The notes beneath the pieces are model-generated. The model was not told the origin of the DNA and did not search any database. It was given only the letters and a program-made list of their open reading frames with translations. Shown in pieces: positions 59,133-64,000 of a stretch of 64,000 bases of DNA. The DNA is from Candidatus Bathyarchaeota archaeon (GTDB taxonomy: Archaea; Thermoproteota; Bathyarchaeia; Bathyarchaeales; Bathycorpusculaceae). The translations under genes and the position numbers were made by a program. How positions within the stretch are numbered: the first letter of the stretch is position 1; every line of letters starts with the position of its first letter. Where the stretch lies: contig CAWHXY010000007.1 in the NCBI GenBank assembly GCA_963833575.1, forward strand, positions 384,001 to 448,000, in the 5' to 3' direction.

Positions 59133-59348
59133 TTGCAAACGACAGTAGTTACATTACTCTTAATCACCACATCAGTGGTGTTCGCTTGCGTAGTTATCGA
59201 CTACGCCGTAAACTTACTTCAAAACACTCTTAACACTACAAATATCCCGCAGCTTGATCGCGTAAAAAGCATCGAAAGCAACCTTTTGAACCAAACAGAC
59301 GCATTTAGTGGAACCCAGCCGCAACTACCAAGTGAACCGTCGCCGTAA
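59133..59348 (+). CDS. small pilin-like membrane protein
   Basis: TTVVTLLLITTSVVFACVVIDYAVN resembles the mature pilin helix; GGAG upstream. Confidence 0.6.
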   Translation: MQTTVVTLLLITTSVVFACVVIDYAVNLLQNTLNTTNIPQLDRVKSIESNLLNQTDAFSGTQPQLPSEPSP

Positions 59349-59470
59349 AATTCTTAAGTATATTAGTAAGCAGCAGTTTTTGTCGAAGCTCCGGCTCTAT
59401 TTATTTGAAATCTGGTTTCCGCCTTCATAAATCCTAAAATGGTGAAGCAACAATTCGTCTGAGACGAGAA

Positions 59471-59797
59471 ATGTCGGCAGATCCTGTAGAGATTTCGCGG
59501 TTCGACGCTGAAAATGCAACATCTTTAACAGCTGACTTTCTGAAAAGGCTTGGGTACAAAGGCAATTGGTTACCCATGAAAGTTTCCCTTGATGGAGAAT
59601 TATACGTAGTTGAAATGATGTTTCAAAAGTTAAATGCTAAAGTTCAAATTAACTCTAAAACTAAAGAAATAAAAGAGTATGAACTCCAGGAAGGGGAAGG
59701 AGAATCAAAGTCATTCCTTAAATCAAAGGGAATTATGTTTATTATTGCCGCAATTCCTGCAGCTGTTCTGGTAGTAAAATTGTTAGGCATTTTCTAA
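59471..59797 (+). CDS. small protein with PepSY-like domain and C-terminal TM
   Basis: A..FLK.LG...KV.L.GE.YVVE...AKVQINSKTKEI; C-terminal hydrophobic segment. Confidence 0.65.
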   Translation: MSADPVEISRFDAENATSLTADFLKRLGYKGNWLPMKVSLDGELYVVEMMFQKLNAKVQINSKTKEIKEYELQEGEGESKSFLKSKGIMFIIAAIPAAVLVVKLLGIF

Positions 59798-59922
59798 GCG
59801 TTTTTTTTAAAGAGGCAGTTTCCCAAAAATTGTGAAGCGCTTGAGAATCGGAAAAATGACGAGTTAAGTGGTTTGTTTAACTTGACATTTTTATGAGTTG
59901 CATAGATTGGAAGATTCATGAA

Positions 59923-60294
59923 TTAAATCAGCGTGATTGACTTGGGACTGAACCTGTTTTTCTCTAAGAAGAGATCCAAGACTCTAGTTTCACTAAGAAA
60001 TGTTACACTGTGCGAAGCGCCAGCAGGAATTAGATATTCATCACCCTTTCCGCAAAGCCTTAATTTATTGTCAATTCGAAGTTCCAAACTTCCCTCAACA
60101 ACTATTCCCCATTGAGGATAATTATGTCGGTGCTCAGGCACTTTCAAGTTTGCTTCAAACTCACAGAAAACCATCTGTTTCATTTCAGACTGCAGTATCC
60201 AAGCTCTAGAACCTTCAATTTCAGTCTCTGCCTCAGGCAGACTAGTTATGACCTCTGGGTAACCTGAAACATTTTGATTCTTAATATTATCCAA
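59923..60294 (-). CDS. cupin domain protein
   Basis: PEHRH..QWGIVVEG...GDEYLIPAGASH. Confidence 0.88.
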   Translation of the reverse strand: MDNIKNQNVSGYPEVITSLPEAETEIEGSRAWILQSEMKQMVFCEFEANLKVPEHRHNYPQWGIVVEGSLELRIDNKLRLCGKGDEYLIPAGASHSVTFLSETRVLDLFLEKNRFSPKSITLI

Positions 60295-60366
60295 GCTAAT
60301 TCCCTCAGCACATATAGAAACTAATGAAAAAGAAAAATATTTGCTTATTTAACTTCAAAAGTAACT

Positions 60367-60444
60367 TGGTGGGGCCGGCCGGATTTGAACCGGCGTCTAT
60401 AGCGCCCGAGGCTACAAGCCTGGACCAAGCTAGCCGACGGCCCC
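60367..60444 (-). tRNA. tRNA-Pro(CGG)
   Basis: Reverse complement GGGGCCGTCGGCTAGCTTGGTCCAGGCTTGTAGCCTCGGGCGCTATAGACGCCGGTTCAAATCCGGCCGGCCCCACCA; anticodon CGG; CCA encoded. Confidence 0.95.
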
Positions 60445-60663
60445 AAAAATTTTGCTTGGAGTTTTGCGGGTTCAAAGAATAATGCTGGCTTAGGCTTTAA
60501 ACTTTAACGGTGGTAAGCTACCATAATTTCTGAAGCTATAGCTTTCTTATATGTTAGACTTATCTATAGGCGGCTTTTGAGATCTTCTGTTAGACTATAT
60601 GATAAACGCGGAAAAGAAATGAGAACAAAAATCTAATGAAAGCTTTTCAGAAAAATAGTGGAA

Positions 60664-61395
60664 TTAAGTTTCTTTGCAATTTTCTTTGTAAGGAGTAGTT
60701 AGAACTTCTTTGACTTTGTTAGTTATCACCGGACCGAGCCCATGCACGCCCTTCGACCAATCATCCACGTTAATCAACGCATTCATCGGCGTTTGATAAG
60801 AATCCAGTATGGCGGTGGCTTTTTCTCGTCCAACGTTGGGCAAACTGGCAACAAAATATACTTGGGCATCAGCCAGGGTCTCGCATCTCTTGAAGGCATG
60901 CACCACGGGGCTTCTTTTTTCAACAATCTGTTCCTGTTTTGCAGCTGTGTAGAGAAAATCAATAGTTTCCTTATAAGAGGATGTGTTTATTATTGCTACT
61001 CCGTTCTTTGCAAGGTTAAACATTGCTCCCCAAATGGCACTAGGTTGAATGTTGCTGTACTTGTAGATGATTGGCATGTAACCTTCAAGTATAAGAAGTG
61101 ATTTTGGATAGACATCTTTTAAGGTGAAAATCTGCTCAAAAAGGTAACGTCTTGTTAAAGTGTAAACAAAATCGTTAACTGTTTTGCGTTCAACAGCGCA
61201 TTGGTCAGAGAGAACGTAGTCGCCCTTTTCGAGCAATTGAGTTTTTATGTTGACTCCTTTTTCAATTAAGCCTTTGACAATTTTTTCAGCGCTGCTGGCT
61301 TCGCGGCTATCTACTATTATGGTTGGTTCCTCGCCATTCTTCTTTTTATCAGCAATGAAGGGAATCAACGTTTCAGTTCCAGACAACATAGTCAA
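60664..61395 (-). CDS. xpf: ERCC4/XPF structure-specific endonuclease, short form (nuclease plus HhH2)
   Basis: IVDSRE, GDYV, VERKTVNDF, LPNVG, HGLG; no helicase domain. Confidence 0.9.
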   Translation of the reverse strand: MTMLSGTETLIPFIADKKKNGEEPTIIVDSREASSAEKIVKGLIEKGVNIKTQLLEKGDYVLSDQCAVERKTVNDFVYTLTRRYLFEQIFTLKDVYPKSLLILEGYMPIIYKYSNIQPSAIWGAMFNLAKNGVAIINTSSYKETIDFLYTAAKQEQIVEKRSPVVHAFKRCETLADAQVYFVASLPNVGREKATAILDSYQTPMNALINVDDWSKGVHGLGPVITNKVKEVLTTPYKENCKET

Positions 61396-61475
61396 CTCTT
61401 AGTAGCTAAACCATTATTGCATATTTATTTTTACTTGCGCCTCAAAAAAACACGAATTAAGGATGAAACAAGGGG

Positions 61476-62201
61476 CTATTTTTTCATAAGAGTAATAATT
61501 TTGGCGGTATAAGACTCTAATATCAAAACTGCTGTGTTCGGCAAGCTCTCTTTGACTTTTTGTTCGAACTGTTGTTTCTGTTTATCCGATCCGTGCATAG
61601 CTACAGCTGCCTCTGGTTTGATGTCAGCCACCATCTTGTAGGCGTTTTCTGGCGAGGCCGTCGGCGACATTCTTCCTGTAGGAACAAATGCAATGTCAGA
61701 AGGATAATCTTTGAGAGGAACGTATCCTGAGTCGCCTCCATGAAACAAAGTGATTTCTCTCATTTTTATTTGGTAGAGCATTATTGGGCCGCGGTGAATT
61801 CCTTCAACAGCTTTAGCAGATAGGTCGCCGAAATTGTAGGTTTTTTGGTTTTCTGCAATTACGAGCTTCTCAGCGGGTATTTTTCCGTTCAGTTTTTTTG
61901 CTACTTTAGCTTCAGCCAATATAGGAGTGGCACTTGCTTTGAAAATTGCTTGGGTTGCGCCACCACTAAAATGATCAAGATGATCATGTGTGAATAACAG
62001 TAAATTGAGTGTTTTTAGGGCCAAAATCTCTTCCTTTTTGAGGAACCCAGCAGGGTCTATTAAGACTGCCTGATTACTTGTTCTTGCCAAGACGCCGGAA
62101 ACTCCCAAATAGAATACTACAACCTCGTTATTTTTCAGTACTAAATTATAGAAATTATTGATTTCGTTAGCTTTGCTTTTTCTAAACATGCAAAACACCA
62201 A
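61476..62201 (-). CDS. MBL-fold metallo-hydrolase
   Basis: LIDP, THDHLDH, HGGDS, AMH. Confidence 0.9.
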   Translation of the reverse strand: MVFCMFRKSKANEINNFYNLVLKNNEVVVFYLGVSGVLARTSNQAVLIDPAGFLKKEEILALKTLNLLLFTHDHLDHFSGGATQAIFKASATPILAEAKVAKKLNGKIPAEKLVIAENQKTYNFGDLSAKAVEGIHRGPIMLYQIKMREITLFHGGDSGYVPLKDYPSDIAFVPTGRMSPTASPENAYKMVADIKPEAAVAMHGSDKQKQQFEQKVKESLPNTAVLILESYTAKIITLMKK

Positions 62202-62793
62202 AATCCCATTGGGCTAATCAAGTATAAAAAATGATTCGTGCCTGACCAAAGGTGCAAATATACTTGTTGCAAATCAAGCGTTCCGAGTTCCTTCATGACA
62301 TCAAGATGCCTCTAAAAGATGTCGACAAAGGAAAAAGTGATTCAAACTACAGCGAAATCTCAAAGGTTTTAGATAAAATATTCTAAAAAAATAAAGAAAG
62401 ACTTACAGTTTACATGTTAAAATGTGATTTATTCGTAACGGATTAAGAACAATGGTTTTTCTGCTTCTTTGCGCCTATTCTCAAGCGGCATGTTTTCCAA
62501 CGACACCGTCGAAAGTTTTCTATTCACCTGTTCTTTTTCAGTCCTATCAAAACTCTTTTTCTTTAAACTGGATTTTTCATTTTGATAGTCCACTTACCTG
62601 CACCTTAAGAAGGTGACTAAACAACATAAGATATATGCAATTGTGACTGCAAGACGGCAACAACAAATCGTAATATTTTTAGATTAAAACAGGCAAAAAA
62701 TTAAATAATCTATCATCGCAACGGATAGTAAATAACAAATTTTGACAAAAACGCTAATTTGAATTGCTTGAACAAAAAATAAAATGGAAGGGT

Positions 62794-64000
62794 TTATGGT
62801 CCCTTTTTGGTAACTTCTTTGATGACGCCTGCTGCTACGGTTGTGCCCATGTCTCTAACGGCGAATCGTCCGAGTTCTGGAAAGTCAGTGTAAGCTTCGA
62901 CAGCGATTGGATGTAATGGCTCCATTCTTACCCAAGCTGCGTCTCCGGTTTTGAGGAAGCTTGGATGTTCTTCGGTTACTTGGCCTGTTCGTGGATCGAT
63001 TTTCTTTATTAGCTCTGTGAATCTGCATGCGATTTGCCCTGTATGATAGTGAAGTACTGGTGTGTATCCTGCTGCGATTGCGGTTGGGTGGTAAATTACG
63101 ATGATTTGACCAATGAATTCTTTAGCTACAGTTGGTGGATTGTCGGTTGTTCCTGCTACATCTCCTCGGTGTATGTCGGATTTTGCGATGCCTCTTACGT
63201 TCATGCCAATGTTGTCGCCTGGTTCAGCGAATGGGATTACGGTGTGGTGCATTTCTAATGATTTAAGTTCGCCTGTTTTGTTACTTGGCATGAAAATCAG
63301 GTTTTGGCCTGGTTTTAGTACGCCTGTTTCAACTCTGCCTACTGGAACTGTGCCGATCCCTGTGATGCTGTAAACGTCTTGGATTGGTACGCGTAGAGGT
63401 TTGGTAGTAGGTTTAACTGGTACCTCTAGTAAGTCTAAGCCTTCCATTAAGGTTGGACCTGTATACCAAGGTAATTTTTCAGTTTTCTTAAGTAGGTTTT
63501 CGCCTGTCCATCCTGAAACTGGTATGAAGTTTATTTTATCTACTTTAAAGCCTACCATCCGAAGCATTCTTGAAACTTCGTTCTTTATTTCGTCATATCT
63601 TTCTTTGCTGTAATTAACTGAAATATCATCCATTTTGTTAACGGCAACGATAAGTTGGCGAACACCTAAAGTGAATGCTAGAAAGGCGTGCTCTCGTGTT
63701 TGCCCGCCTGCACCGATACCTGCTTCAAACTCACCTTTTTTAGCTGAAGCAAAAAGTATAGCGGCGTCAGCTTGGCTTGCGCCTGTAATCATGTTTTTGA
63801 CGAAGTCTCTGTGTCCTGGTGCATCGATGACAGTATAGTTGTATTTTTTGGTTTGGAATTGTAAGAATCGAAGGTCAATGGTTACTCCTCTTTCTCGTTC
63901 TTCCTTAAGATTGTCCAGTACCCAGGCAAATTTGAATGTGCCTTTGCCCATTTTTTCGGCTTCTTCTTCATATGCCTTGATTGTTCTTTCGTCGATTGCG
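62794..64000 (-). CDS. tuf: translation elongation factor EF-1alpha, 5' end beyond window
   Basis: [49 protein letters not shown]. Confidence 0.97.
   Translation of the reverse strand, partial: AIDERTIKAYEEEAEKMGKGTFKFAWVLDNLKEERERGVTIDLRFLQFQTKKYNYTVIDAPGHRDFVKNMITGASQADAAILFASAKKGEFEAGIGAGGQTREHAFLAFTLGVRQLIVAVNKMDDISVNYSKERYDEIKNEVSRMLRMVGFKVDKINFIPVSGWTGENLLKKTEKLPWYTGPTLMEGLDLLEVPVKPTTKPLRVPIQDVYSITGIGTVPVGRVETGVLKPGQNLIFMPSNKTGELKSLEMHHTVIPFAEPGDNIGMNVRGIAKSDIHRGDVAGTTDNPPTVAKEFIGQIIVIYHPTAIAAGYTPVLHYHTGQIACRFTELIKKIDPRTGQVTEEHPSFLKTGDAAWVRMEPLHPIAVEAYTDFPELGRFAVRDMGTTVAAGVIKEVTKKGP

Noticed and set aside
62429-62593. Possible frameshifted small gene downstream of tuf (VDYQNEK.../...EKPLFLIRYE)
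   Set aside because: Short, needs a frameshift, and has no recognisable motif

Overview
Archaeal chromosomal segment of roughly 40% GC by eye. Gene content (large PQQ-like beta-propeller surface protein, fwdDBAC, short XPF, archaeal EF-1alpha, GOLD-domain protein, tandem type IV pilins) points to Bathyarchaeia. From left to right: a CheB-CheR-PAS-GAF histidine kinase running off the left edge; a 3.5 kb segment bounded by tRNA-Ala(CGC) and a degenerate copy of its 3' end; ileS with an unannotated 58-aa zinc-finger gene; a GNAT / unknown / HExxH operon; a CbbQ-type AAA+ plus VWA pair and TrmB next to a type IV pilus locus with three tandem major pilins, two of which have near-identical ends and divergent cores; a ~20 kb Se/S-Mo/W cluster (lysR, dsrE, tusA, selD, phoU-like, nfnAB/sudBA, modE-like, modABC, mobB, mobA, moeA, an fdhD lacking its catalytic Cys, fwdDBAC); small membrane proteins, tRNA-Pro(CGG), XPF, an MBL hydrolase and a partial tuf. 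The best candidate for an undescribed system is the SelD-TusA-DsrE relay sitting with a Cys-less FdhD and Fwd. All assignments come from motif reading; no database searches were run.
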